60,089 nucleotides of DNA from Acidaminococcus fermentans (GCA_963660495.1 CAVKYO010000052.1:1-60089); one strand, 5' to 3'. Shown: positions 9,955-19,175, numbered from the stretch's first letter. Made by a program: numbers and translations. Notes: generated by a model from the sequence alone, not told the origin.

Positions 9955-9983
9955 ATTATACCCGAAAATGGCTTATTTGTCAA
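9955..9983 (-). promoter_or_regulatory. Consensus sigma-A promoter of the M23 peptidase gene
   Basis: The minus strand reads TTGACA (9983-9978), a 17-nt spacer, then TATAAT (9960-9955). Confidence 0.65.
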
Positions 9984-9984
9984 G

Positions 9985-10036
9985 AAGAAATGGATTCTTG
10001 GATATCGCTGAAGAAATGGATTCTTGGATATCGCTG
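9985..10036. repeat. Perfect 26-bp tandem duplication abutting the -35 box
   Basis: AAGAAATGGATTCTTGGATATCGCTG occurs twice back to back (9985-10010 and 10011-10036). Each unit contains the internal direct repeat TGGAT-tct-TGGAT. Confidence 0.95.
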
Positions 10037-10119
10037 TTAGCGAATATGTTCACAAAATTTAAAAGTACTTCAAAGATGAATTGTTTAGTTCATATTTTTA
10101 AAGTACTTTATACTTGATT

Positions 10120-11025
10120 TTAGTTTCTTCTATTTTTACTTATTAATTCTAGAGTTACTGTTAGTTGTTTAATTCTTTCTATTATTCTTCTAGCTTTTAC
10201 TTTATCTGCTCCTGATGAAGTTATTGCTAGAGACTGTTCTAATTCATCCATAGTTAAGTTTGAAGTAAAAAATGTAGGTAATTTCTGTTCCATACGATAT
10301 TGAAGTATTGGTCCTAGAACTTCATCTCTTGACCAGGCACTACAATTTTCTGCACCTATATCATCTAACAATAATAATGGTGCTTTTTTGATATATTCAA
10401 ACTTTTCACTATAATTTGTTTGAAATGAAGACTTCAGACTTCTTAAAAATTCTGGATAATATATTAAAGCACTTTGTACTCCTTTTTTAGCCATTTCATT
10501 GAAAAGAGCTGCTATCATGTATGTTTTTCCTGAGCCAAAGGAACCTGTTAAATATAGACCTTTAGCTATTTCTTTATTCGTATAGTTGTCAATGAATTCT
10601 TTAAAATACTTTATTATTGGTAATCTTGCTTTGTCATCTTTATATAAGTTTTTTAATGAAGCTTCTTTAATTTCCTTTGGCAAACAGAATAATTCTAGAT
10701 TTTCCTTGTAGGCATCATCATGATATTTTTTTTCTTGTTTTTTACAAGCTATGTATGAAAATCTAATTAGATTTTGATCTTTTTCAGGACTATATTTATA
10801 TCCATGTACTTTATTAGGACATTCTTCAAGGCCGGGACAGTTCTTGCAATTTTTATATTCTTCAAAACTGTCTTCCAAGCTAGATGTATATTTCTTTAGA
10901 GTGTCTTCTGCTATTCCTAATGAATATACATAATCATAAAATTCTTTATCACTACAGGCATCTTGAAAAGAATGATCTAATTTCACTTCATCTAAATTTG
11001 ATATAACGTTACTAATGTTTTTCAT
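10120..11025 (-). CDS. dnaI: Primosomal helicase loader DnaI
   Basis: 301 aa. N-terminal Cys-rich zinc module (CKNCPGLEECPN), Walker A GSFGSGKTYM, Walker B LLLLDDIGAE. Confidence 0.85.
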   Translation of the reverse strand: MKNISNVISNLDEVKLDHSFQDACSDKEFYDYVYSLGIAEDTLKKYTSSLEDSFEEYKNCKNCPGLEECPNKVHGYKYSPEKDQNLIRFSYIACKKQEKKYHDDAYKENLELFCLPKEIKEASLKNLYKDDKARLPIIKYFKEFIDNYTNKEIAKGLYLTGSFGSGKTYMIAALFNEMAKKGVQSALIYYPEFLRSLKSSFQTNYSEKFEYIKKAPLLLLDDIGAENCSAWSRDEVLGPILQYRMEQKLPTFFTSNLTMDELEQSLAITSSGADKVKARRIIERIKQLTVTLELISKNRRN

Positions 11026-11638
11026 TTAAATCACCATAAATATATTGTATATGAATTTTTATTTTTTGTCTATTATCCAATTGCAATTAGAAGTACTATG
11101 TTTATTATTTTTGTCTTTCTTTATATGAATATTTTTTGACATGTCTTAGTACTTTCAAGTCTTCTTTTTTTTAATCTTCACTTGCTGGTCTATCTTGTGG
11201 ATTATATTTAATATCTACTTGATCAAAATATTCGACAATATATAAACTGGTTTCTCTATTCAGAACAAAAGACAAAGTTCAATTTATAAAATTTCAATTT
11301 GTCGTTTTTTGGTCGTCACCGATCAAATTTCCTACTTCACAGATAGAGTAACCTCTATTCTCCATAGGCTTAAATTCCGACAGTCGCTGCCGTACTAATT
11401 CTTTTATTTATAAATCTTTAATTGTCTTGACAAATCCTTTATATTTATATCAATGCTATTTTTATTATGACTCAAACAGGACATAGTTTAAACTTATAAT
11501 CTTTATACATATCATACATCTCCATAATCTTGTCTTACTATAATAAAAAGCAAATATTTATTTGCCAATAGGGCGATTACATTTTTTTAAAATTAAAAGA
11601 AAATCCCTTATAAACAGAAAAGATCTATTTCTAAATCT

Positions 11639-12136
11639 TTAATACTGTTTTTTTAAAGACATATGAATGTCACCATCGGTTTTTCCTATTCCATCGATAA
11701 CAAACCCAACTTTTTCATAACATTTTATTCCTCTTTGATTAAAATTATAGACATTTAAGTCTAAACCTTCCAATTTTAATACATTGAGTGCATAATCTAT
11801 TAATTTTGAAATTGCTTCTTGCCCAAAATGTTTATTTTGCTTTAATGGAGTAATTGCTATTCCTATTTCTCCAATTTTGTTTTTTATATGCATTATTTCA
11901 ACATTTCCAATAAAATCATTTGTTTCTTTTTCAATCATTGAGAAAATAATTGCCTTTTCTTTTAATTTATTTTTTACCCATTCAATTTCTGAATCTAATT
12001 CAAAATTTTTTCTATTATGGCTTATATATTTTTGAACCTCAATGTCATTAACCATTTTTAAATATTCATCAACCAATTCTGTTGTTAGTTTTACGAAATT
12101 TATTCTTTCTGATTCAAATATTATTTCATATTTCAT
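11639..12136 (-). CDS. GNAT family N-acetyltransferase (RimJ/RimL-like)
   Basis: 165 aa. Acetyl-CoA-binding region (QNKHFGQEAISKLIDYA) and typical GNAT length and layout. Confidence 0.7.
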   Translation of the reverse strand: MKYEIIFESERINFVKLTTELVDEYLKMVNDIEVQKYISHNRKNFELDSEIEWVKNKLKEKAIIFSMIEKETNDFIGNVEIMHIKNKIGEIGIAITPLKQNKHFGQEAISKLIDYALNVLKLEGLDLNVYNFNQRGIKCYEKVGFVIDGIGKTDGDIHMSLKKQY

Positions 12137-12189
12137 TAAAATCAGCCACCTTTCAAGTTACAATAATCTTTTCTTATAGTTCTATTATA

Positions 12190-13107
12190 TCATACTAATT
12201 CATATTCTCTAACAGCAATTCTATCATCTGAGCAATATTCTATTACTAATCTATTTTCTTTTTTACAAATAATAATTCCAATTGTTTTATTTTGATTAAT
12301 TTTTTTAATATTTTTATCTATATAATTCATATATACTTGTATTTGTCCAATATGTTCTTTTTTTAGTTCTGTTACTTTCAACTCTATAACTACATAACAA
12401 TTATATTCAATATTAAATAATAATAAATCAATATAATTATATCTATCACCAAGTTTTATTTTAAATTCATTACCAACATAAGAAAAGCCATAACCTAATT
12501 GTGACAAGAACTCATCTAGATTATTAAGTATTAACTCTTTTAAAGTATATTCACTAAATTTATCATGGTCTTTACTATCTTTTATTAATATTGGATTAGG
12601 AACAATATCACTTACTACTAATCTTTCTTCAGATACTAATTTATTTCTAGTTTCTATGGATAACCTATTATATTCATTACTAATTATTTTTTCATGAAGT
12701 TCTCTTTTAGTTAAATTATTTTTTTCACAAATTTCTATATAATATATTATTTCTTCAATTTTTTTTAACACAAGCAATTCTCTATAATGGCTCCAATTCA
12801 ATTTTGTACCCATTGGGTACAATTTTTCATTACTGAAAACCTCATAAAATTTTCTCATTTTGTATAATGTACTAACTTTATATTTAGAGCCCACTTCAAT
12901 CATTAACTTTTCTGAATATTGTTTAATGATATTTTTACCATATTCTTTTCCTGCTTCATGAAGTAATTTACCAGTTTCAAAATATACTTTAATCTTATTT
13001 CTATCTTTTGAATAATCTTTAACTTTATCATATAATTCACTTTTAATTAAATTTTCTTTTATTTCATCATAATAATTCATAATTTCTTTTCCTTTTCTAT
13101 TGTTCAC
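12190..13107 (-). CDS. PDDEXK nuclease, YhcG/DUF1016 family
   Basis: 305 aa. C-terminal PD-(D/E)xK core (IDLLLF...VVIELKVTELKKEHIGQIQVYMNY) typical of DUF1016. The ORF start overlaps the comEC stop; an alternative start at 13080 follows an AAGGAA. Confidence 0.65.
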   Translation of the reverse strand: MNNRKGKEIMNYYDEIKENLIKSELYDKVKDYSKDRNKIKVYFETGKLLHEAGKEYGKNIIKQYSEKLMIEVGSKYKVSTLYKMRKFYEVFSNEKLYPMGTKLNWSHYRELLVLKKIEEIIYYIEICEKNNLTKRELHEKIISNEYNRLSIETRNKLVSEERLVVSDIVPNPILIKDSKDHDKFSEYTLKELILNNLDEFLSQLGYGFSYVGNEFKIKLGDRYNYIDLLLFNIEYNCYVVIELKVTELKKEHIGQIQVYMNYIDKNIKKINQNKTIGIIICKKENRLVIEYCSDDRIAVREYELV

Positions 13108-15190
13108 ATGTTTCTATCGTGTACCCATCACTTTTAATCTTAATTTCTATACTTCCATCCTTATCAGTTCGATAAATTTTACTATTCTTTAAAGTATTCA
13201 ACACAGACTTTTTTGGATGTCCATACTTATTGTTCTCTCCTACACTAATTAAACTATATTTAGGATTAATACTATTTATAAATTCCTTACTGCTACTTGT
13301 ATCAGAACCATGATGTCCTACCTTTAAAAAATCTATATTTTCAATATTATATTCATTTAAAATATCTTTTTCCTTCTTAGTGCTGGCATCTCCCATGAAT
13401 AAAAATTGATAATTATTATAATTAAAATAAGTAACAGTTGAATTATCATTTTCATTGTCATATACACTTGTATTTAAAAATAAAAATTTATTATTAAAGA
13501 CACTTAATTCACTTATATTTTGATAATAATTTATTTTCTTTTTGTTTAAAACTTCAATAATATTTTCTTCTAAATAATTATAATCTCCAACATTAAAAAT
13601 GACATTTTTCACAGAAAAATTATTTATTAAATTAATGGTCTCACCTAAATGATCTTGATCACCATGAGTTAAAATTAAATAATCTATTTTTCTTATACCA
13701 GAAGATTTAAATACTGGTATCGTAGTATTTTTAACAAGAGAATATTCCTTATTGCTTTTAGACCATGATGGCTTATTATAAGTTACTTTGCCTCCCGTAT
13801 CTATTAGTACAGTTTCTCTGCCAGAATATATAAGAATAGAATCTCCTTGGCCTATATCTATCATCTTTATTATTAAATCTTTTTGAAAATATGGATAAAT
13901 GTAATGAATTAGTAATAAAAAAAATAAAGGGATTAATTTAAAATAATTTTTTTTTAATAATCCTTTAATAAAAATAATTATTAAGACATAATAACTAATA
14001 TAAAAAATAAAATTAATTCTTGGAAAAGTTATTATTAATAATCTGTTGTTACTAAAAAGTAGTGATACTTCTTCTAAAATTTTAATTAGTACCTCATATA
14101 TTGGCAAAATAACTGGGACAACAAGAGTAATTAATGATAAGGGAAAAACAATGATACTTACATATGGAATAAAAAATAAATTATAAAATATACTTGAAAT
14201 ATTAATTTGATAAAAACTATATAGACTAATTGGTATACTTACTAGAAATGATATAATAGAAGTCTTTAATAGACCTAGTAAATAATTACTACTTGTTAGA
14301 TACTTTGCAGTTACAATTAAAGAGAAACTTATAACAAAGGAATACCAAAATCCAACATCGAATATGTAATTATAATTAATAAGTAAAGATAATGATAATA
14401 TTATAATAAAAATATTTACGGGTTTTACATAAAAATAATAAACTTTATTTAAAGTAAATAATATGTAGAATAATACGCCTCTTAAGATAGAGGGAGAAAA
14501 GCCTACTAAAAGTAAATATATTATTAAAATTAAGGAGGTAATATAATAACGTTTTTCTTCTTTCACTTTAAATCTTTTTAATATTTTTGTAATAATTGAT
14601 GATAATAAAGTTATATGCATACCGGATATAGCGAATAAGTGACTTATACCATTTTCTTGATAACTTGACATTACTTTAGTACTTAAATTCGACTTATCTC
14701 CTAATAAAAATGTTTTTAAATAAGCATTTTTTTCTGATAAATTGACGATTATATTTTTTAATATGTAATAAATGTTTTTATTACTAGATATTTTTTTTAT
14801 ACTTGTTGAGGTTATTGTATAATGAATATTTTTATGTTTTAAATATGAATGATAATTAAAAAGATATTTAGAGGTATTTTTCTTAGGTTTTGTTAATTCT
14901 CCAGTTACTTCTATGGTGTCTCCAAGATGAAATTCTTCTTTAAAATTTGCTTTTTCTTCTTCAGTTTCAAAATAATATGTTACTAATAACTTTTCTTTAT
15001 TTTTAATTGTTAGACTTAGTTTATTACCAGAAATTGATGAAGATATTATCTTGGCTTTTATACTTTTTATATTTTCATTATATATACTTTCTCTTGGTAT
15101 GCAGAGATTTATTATTGTGATAAATATAGTAATTAAAAGTAAAATATAATATATATAATCATGTAGTAATAGAGTCCTTAATTTGAGCAT
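13097..15190 (-). CDS. comEC: DNA internalisation competence protein ComEC/Rec2
   Basis: 697 aa. Polytopic competence domain plus a C-terminal metallo-beta-lactamase domain (LTHGDQDHLG, GHHGS). Confidence 0.9.
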   Translation of the reverse strand: MLKLRTLLLHDYIYYILLLITIFITIINLCIPRESIYNENIKSIKAKIISSSISGNKLSLTIKNKEKLLVTYYFETEEEKANFKEEFHLGDTIEVTGELTKPKKNTSKYLFNYHSYLKHKNIHYTITSTSIKKISSNKNIYYILKNIIVNLSEKNAYLKTFLLGDKSNLSTKVMSSYQENGISHLFAISGMHITLLSSIITKILKRFKVKEEKRYYITSLILIIYLLLVGFSPSILRGVLFYILFTLNKVYYFYVKPVNIFIIILSLSLLINYNYIFDVGFWYSFVISFSLIVTAKYLTSSNYLLGLLKTSIISFLVSIPISLYSFYQINISSIFYNLFFIPYVSIIVFPLSLITLVVPVILPIYEVLIKILEEVSLLFSNNRLLIITFPRINFIFYISYYVLIIIFIKGLLKKNYFKLIPLFFLLLIHYIYPYFQKDLIIKMIDIGQGDSILIYSGRETVLIDTGGKVTYNKPSWSKSNKEYSLVKNTTIPVFKSSGIRKIDYLILTHGDQDHLGETINLINNFSVKNVIFNVGDYNYLEENIIEVLNKKKINYYQNISELSVFNNKFLFLNTSVYDNENDNSTVTYFNYNNYQFLFMGDASTKKEKDILNEYNIENIDFLKVGHHGSDTSSSKEFINSINPKYSLISVGENNKYGHPKKSVLNTLKNSKIYRTDKDGSIEIKIKSDGYTIETCEQ

Positions 15191-15830
15191 ATATACTATC
15201 TCCTATACCGGGTACTTGTTTGATATCTTCAATTGTTTTAAATGGACCATTGGTATTTCGATATTCTATTATTTGTTTAGCTTTTGATTGACCTATTCCT
15301 GTTAAAGTTGATAGTTCTTCTTCTGTTGCGGTATTTATTGATATTAAATTGTTACTATCAGATGATTGTTCTATACAAGCATCATTTTTTAAAGAGTTTT
15401 CATCTTTTTGGACGCATGATTCTTGGACTTGTTTTTCTATTTCTTTAGTCTTTTTAAAGTCTTCTACTTCAGAATTACTATAGACTATAATTACCATTTC
15501 ATCAGTTATTTTTTTACTTAAATTTAGAACAGTCGTATTGGCATTTTCTGTTAAGCCGCCAGCTAATTCTATACAATCTATTATTCTAGATGTACTTTTT
15601 AAAGTATAAATACCGGGATTTACTACTTCTCCTTTGATATCAATTTTATATTCTTCACTTATCACCTCTTTAGTTTCTTCTTTTTTTAGTGAGACTTTTT
15701 CTTCTTTTATCTTTTTTTCTTTAGGTCTATTACATACATATATTACTGAAATAGTTGTGATAAAGATTAAGATAAGACTCACTATAATTATTTGTTTACG
15801 ATATCGATAATGAAATGTTATTTTTATCAC
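15159..15830 (-). CDS. comEA: Competence DNA receptor ComEA (SLBB plus helix-hairpin-helix)
   Basis: TM anchor, SLBB motif (IKGEVVNPGIYTL), C-terminal HhH pair (LSTLTGIGQSKAKQIIEYR...IKQVPGIG). The exact start is uncertain because the GTG abuts an AGGAGG. Confidence 0.85.
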   Translation of the reverse strand: MIKITFHYRYRKQIIIVSLILIFITTISVIYVCNRPKEKKIKEEKVSLKKEETKEVISEEYKIDIKGEVVNPGIYTLKSTSRIIDCIELAGGLTENANTTVLNLSKKITDEMVIIVYSNSEVEDFKKTKEIEKQVQESCVQKDENSLKNDACIEQSSDSNNLISINTATEEELSTLTGIGQSKAKQIIEYRNTNGPFKTIEDIKQVPGIGDSIYAQIKDSITT

Positions 15831-15851
15831 CTCCTACTTTATTATTCGAAA
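15827..15851 (-). promoter_or_regulatory. 25-nt shared element (copy 1), cin-box-like TTCGAATA, upstream of comEA
   Basis: The minus strand reads TTTCGAATAATAAAGTAGGAGGTGA, identical over 25 nt to 50362-50386. It directly follows the terminator of the DHH gene. Confidence 0.5.
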
Positions 15852-15887
15852 AAAAAAGAAAAGTCTTAAAGAAATTTTAAAACTTTT

Positions 15888-16967
15888 CTAATCTTTTACT
15901 TTTACATACTGTTTTTCAGTCATTATAGACGAATCTGTAGGATAATCTGTAGAAGTATTATTTAGTTTTTCTTCTAAAATACTTTTTAGTTTTTCTTCTA
16001 CAGAAATTACATCTGTTGATTGTATTTTACAAGCTGCACTTCTAGTATTGCCTCCTCCTGTAAACTCTTCCATTATTTCACCGACATCAATGTATCCTTT
16101 GCTTCTAGCACTTATAGATATTAATCCATCATTTACAAATCCAATAGCAAAAGAGGCATCTGTTTGATATTTTTGGGCTTTATCAGCTGCTTTTGCTAGA
16201 TCTTCTTTTCTGTATCTTTTATTTGGATTTTCTCTATTTAAAGTAAAACTTATTTGATAGTGCTGGTAATGAGCAAATAAAGTACCATTGTAAACTAAGT
16301 TATTAACACGCTTGTCAGCTTCGAATTCAGCTAAGAAAAGTTCATTAACATAGTCAGGATTAGCACCATGGATTATTAATTTTTCAGCGACATCGTGTGT
16401 AACGGAGCTAGTATTTTTTTTGTACCTATTAGTATCCAGCTCTATTCCAGCTAATAAGTAATTAGCAACATTAGCGTCATATCTTACCTTACAAGAATTT
16501 AATAGTTTAGAAACTAGTTCAGCTGATGATGAGGCTTTTGAATTTATGTAACTAGCTGTTGCGGGAATAGTATGTTGGTCTGGATTATGGTGATCAATTA
16601 TTACAACATTTTGAAATCTATCAAGAAAAGGAGTAGCCGATACTTGATACTTTTTATTAGCGTCTACTACTATTAATGTAGAATCTTTATCATCTCTTGT
16701 TAAATCTATAAAGTCATTTAATTTTATGATATGATATTGTCCCTTGTTGATATCTATTATTCTTTTTACTCCAGGTTCTAAACTAACATCATCATCGTCT
16801 ACTATTATATATGATTCTTTTCCAAAAGACTGACACAACGTAAGCATCCCAATTGCTGATCCTATGGAGTCAAAGTCTGGTTCACTGTGTCCTGTTATAA
16901 ATATTTTGGATGACATTTTTATAATTCTAAGTAATTCTGGTTTGAGATCTCTACATACCTCAGGCAT
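15888..16967 (-). CDS. DHH/DHHA1 family phosphoesterase (NrnA-like)
   Basis: 359 aa. Motifs ITGHSEPDFDSIGS, VVDAN, IIDHH and the DHHA1 motif GGGNTRSAA. Confidence 0.75.
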   Translation of the reverse strand: MPEVCRDLKPELLRIIKMSSKIFITGHSEPDFDSIGSAIGMLTLCQSFGKESYIIVDDDDVSLEPGVKRIIDINKGQYHIIKLNDFIDLTRDDKDSTLIVVDANKKYQVSATPFLDRFQNVVIIDHHNPDQHTIPATASYINSKASSSAELVSKLLNSCKVRYDANVANYLLAGIELDTNRYKKNTSSVTHDVAEKLIIHGANPDYVNELFLAEFEADKRVNNLVYNGTLFAHYQHYQISFTLNRENPNKRYRKEDLAKAADKAQKYQTDASFAIGFVNDGLISISARSKGYIDVGEIMEEFTGGGNTRSAACKIQSTDVISVEEKLKSILEEKLNNTSTDYPTDSSIMTEKQYVKVKD

Positions 16968-16994
16968 TTTTCATCTTCTCCTTGTTAGTTTTGT

Positions 16995-17023
16995 ATTATA
17001 GCACTACTGGATAAACATGTCAA
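16995..17023 (-). promoter_or_regulatory. Consensus sigma-A promoter of the DHH phosphoesterase gene
   Basis: The minus strand reads TTGACA (17023-17018), a 17-nt spacer, then TATAAT (17000-16995). Confidence 0.6.
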
Positions 17024-17499
17024 AGATGTCTTTAAAAATTATTGTTTCGCTGTTCTTTAGAATTTTCATCCTTCATTACTTGATTATATGGTCTTAATGA
17101 TAATTCTATAACCTTTTCTAATAAATCACAAGCAGCTGAAATATTATCATTTTTAACATATATATCACTTCTTTTATCTATATTTCTAAATATTTCGCCC
17201 TTTTTTATTAAATTTTTCTACTTCTAGTGTTTTCAGCTAATGCCATTCCTATGAACTTATTGCATCTATCATATGTTTTTTTGTATTAATTGATAATTAG
17301 CATCATTTTTTATTTTACTTTTTTATCATATTTTGACTTGAATATAGTTGACAGTTTCATCTTCCATCCCTAAAAAAATTAAGTCTGATAAAAAGTATTT
17401 ATTACCATCAATATTAAGTCCATTTTTATTACATCCTTTATTTAAATATATTTTATAGTAATAAATTACACAAGATAATTGACAGACAATGAACAATTT

Positions 17500-17530
17500 A
17501 AAAAGTGAAGCTTTTTTCACTTCACTTTAC
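17500..17530 (-). terminator. Rho-independent terminator of paralog A
   Basis: Minus-strand hairpin AGTGAAG-tgaaaaaag-CTTCACT followed by TTTTAAA. Confidence 0.5.
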
Positions 17531-17539
17531 GTTTATTTA

Positions 17540-18214
17540 TTAATAATTCCCAGTATCTTTTAGAGCATACCATAAATCATAGAATGTTCCATCAAGTTTA
17601 ACTGCTAAAGTAGTAACACCATTAGAAGTTTCTGCATTAGAAAGTTTAATTACTTCGTCTACACCTGATATTTTTCCATATGAAACTGGTCTGTCTTGTG
17701 CATTATTAAACATATGAACAATAGGAATATATTCTACTGTACCATCTTCTAATAATATAAATAGTGTATCACCTTGTGCATCTTGTCCCATTCCACCAAA
17801 TAATACCTCTACAATTTTTTTATCAAAGTTAATTGTAGAACTTACACGATCAGTTCTATTACTTGTCCAATTTAATCCGTAAGCTTCTACTGCTTTAGAT
17901 GGAATATAACTGAAAGTTAATACTTTCTGAGTAGTATCTACTTGTGCATTTATTCCATTTGGACCAAAATCAGCTATTAGATATTCACTTACGCTACTAT
18001 TTAATGCTTTTTTATTATCAAATGGACTTACTGCATTCTTAAAATTTGAAGCATTTACTTCTACCTTATCACTTTTTGTTACTGTAGTTTCCTTATCAGA
18101 TGTTTTTTCAGATTCTAAGTAAAAGTATGCTGTACTACCTAATGCACATACTAGTAATATTACTAGAACAACAATTACTGTTAATGAATTTTTCCCTTCT
18201 TTTTTCTTTTCCAT
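17540..18214 (-). CDS. Membrane-anchored protein, paralog A of a tandem pair
   Basis: 224 aa. The N-terminal 35 aa (MEKKKEGKNSLTVIVVLVILLVCALGSTAYFYLESE) are almost identical to paralog B. Shared C-terminal motifs: GG.GQ, DGT.EY.PI, VIKL, DG.FYDL. Confidence 0.7.
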   Translation of the reverse strand: MEKKKEGKNSLTVIVVLVILLVCALGSTAYFYLESEKTSDKETTVTKSDKVEVNASNFKNAVSPFDNKKALNSSVSEYLIADFGPNGINAQVDTTQKVLTFSYIPSKAVEAYGLNWTSNRTDRVSSTINFDKKIVEVLFGGMGQDAQGDTLFILLEDGTVEYIPIVHMFNNAQDRPVSYGKISGVDEVIKLSNAETSNGVTTLAVKLDGTFYDLWYALKDTGNY

Positions 18215-18262
18215 ACACTTTTTCCTCCTTCACACCATTTATTATATACTAATTTAGTTTTT
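18109..18262. repeat. Near-identical 5' module, copy A (promoter, RBS and signal-anchor codons)
   Basis: About 154 nt match 19070-19224 with only a handful of mismatches or indels. The rest of the two genes has diverged strongly. Confidence 0.9.
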
Positions 18263-18295
18263 AGAAAAGCTTTTTTAGCAAATGATTTTTTACTT

Positions 18296-18415
18296 TACGT
18301 AAAGTATTAGTTTACAATTTCAAAGTTTTTTTTTACTAACTTGAACAGTCATTTTTTTATTAAATCATCTGTAATATATGGATTCTTTTTCAGTGATGAT
18401 TCATTATATTTTAAT
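18296..18415 (-). pseudogene. Dead 3' fragment duplicated from the phospholipase-C-like gene at 19256-19873
   Basis: About 75% nucleotide identity to 19256-19375 (TTACGTAAAGTA...CATCTGTAATATATGGATT...). Same 960-961 bp offset as the paralog pair. No intact ORF. Confidence 0.7.
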
Positions 18416-18420
18416 TATTT

Positions 18421-18437
18421 TTTCGAATAATAAAGTA
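18421..18437 (+). promoter_or_regulatory. Third, partial copy (17 nt) of the shared TTTCGAATAATAAAGTA element, opposite orientation
   Basis: Exact 17-nt match on the plus strand, preceded by a T-rich tract like the other two copies. Confidence 0.35.
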
Positions 18438-18476
18438 AAAAGTCAGCACGCTAGGTACTGACAGTTATGTTTTTTA

Positions 18477-19175
18477 TTATTCCCAAGCTTTGATACTTGT
18501 TAGGGATTCATGTAAATCATAGAAAGAACCATCTGCTTTTTGTGCAAGTACTGTTACATAGCTTCCAGCAGATACTTGATATAATTTAATTACATCTTTT
18601 ACTTCTGGAATAGTACCATAAGTTGTTTTAATATTATCTGGACTATCAGCTTTATATGCCTTTGCTATAGGAAGATATTCAATAGTTCCATCTTTCATTA
18701 AGAATAACATTGTGTCATGGCTTGCCTCTTGACCAAAGCCACCAATCATAACTTCTGATACTTCTTGTTCAAAAGTCATTTCTCCACGTCTTTCTTGTAT
18801 TCCATAGTCACAACTTTCTTCATTTGCAGTTACCCAACCTAGACTATATGTGAAATTTACTCCACAAGGTGATAGAGATACTGTTGCTTTTTTTCTATTG
18901 ACATCCAAAGCTAAATTTATTACTCTATTACCTGCCATTAAAGTATAAGTCTTATCAGTAGTATTTAAAGATTTACTATTGTCAAAGCCATTTACGGCTA
19001 CAGCTTTTTCAGTATTATCATTCTTACTAGCTTTACCCGTAACTACAGTTTCCTTTCCAGTTGCTCTTTCAGATTCTAAGTAAAAGTATGCTGTGCTACC
19101 TAATGCACATACTAGTAATATTACTAGAACAACAATTACTGTTATTAAATTTTTCCCTTCCTTTTTCTTTTCCAT
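18477..19175 (-). CDS. Membrane-anchored protein, paralog B of a tandem pair
   Basis: 232 aa. Same N-terminal module and C-terminal motifs as paralog A. Its own terminator is GTCAG-tacctagcgtg-CTGAC plus a T-run at about 18440-18470. Confidence 0.7.
   Translation of the reverse strand: MEKKKEGKNLITVIVVLVILLVCALGSTAYFYLESERATGKETVVTGKASKNDNTEKAVAVNGFDNSKSLNTTDKTYTLMAGNRVINLALDVNRKKATVSLSPCGVNFTYSLGWVTANEESCDYGIQERRGEMTFEQEVSEVMIGGFGQEASHDTMLFLMKDGTIEYLPIAKAYKADSPDNIKTTYGTIPEVKDVIKLYQVSAGSYVTVLAQKADGSFYDLHESLTSIKAWE

Noticed and set aside
9924-9983. N-terminal 20 codons of the track ORF for the M23 peptidase
   Set aside because: A consensus TTGACA-17-TATAAT promoter lies inside these codons. 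The Met at 9923 is followed by a normal signal anchor.
11300-11395. Possible group II intron domain V/VI or other structured RNA (GTACGGCAGCGACTGTCGG... on the minus strand)
   Set aside because: The sequence does not reproduce the domain V consensus helix or its GNRA loop. It reads better as a protein-coding HTH fragment of a decayed gene.
17326-17520. 64-aa minus-strand ORF
   Set aside because: Its ATG sits in the loop of the terminator hairpin of the upstream gene. It has no RBS and no recognisable motif. It is more likely part of a decayed region.
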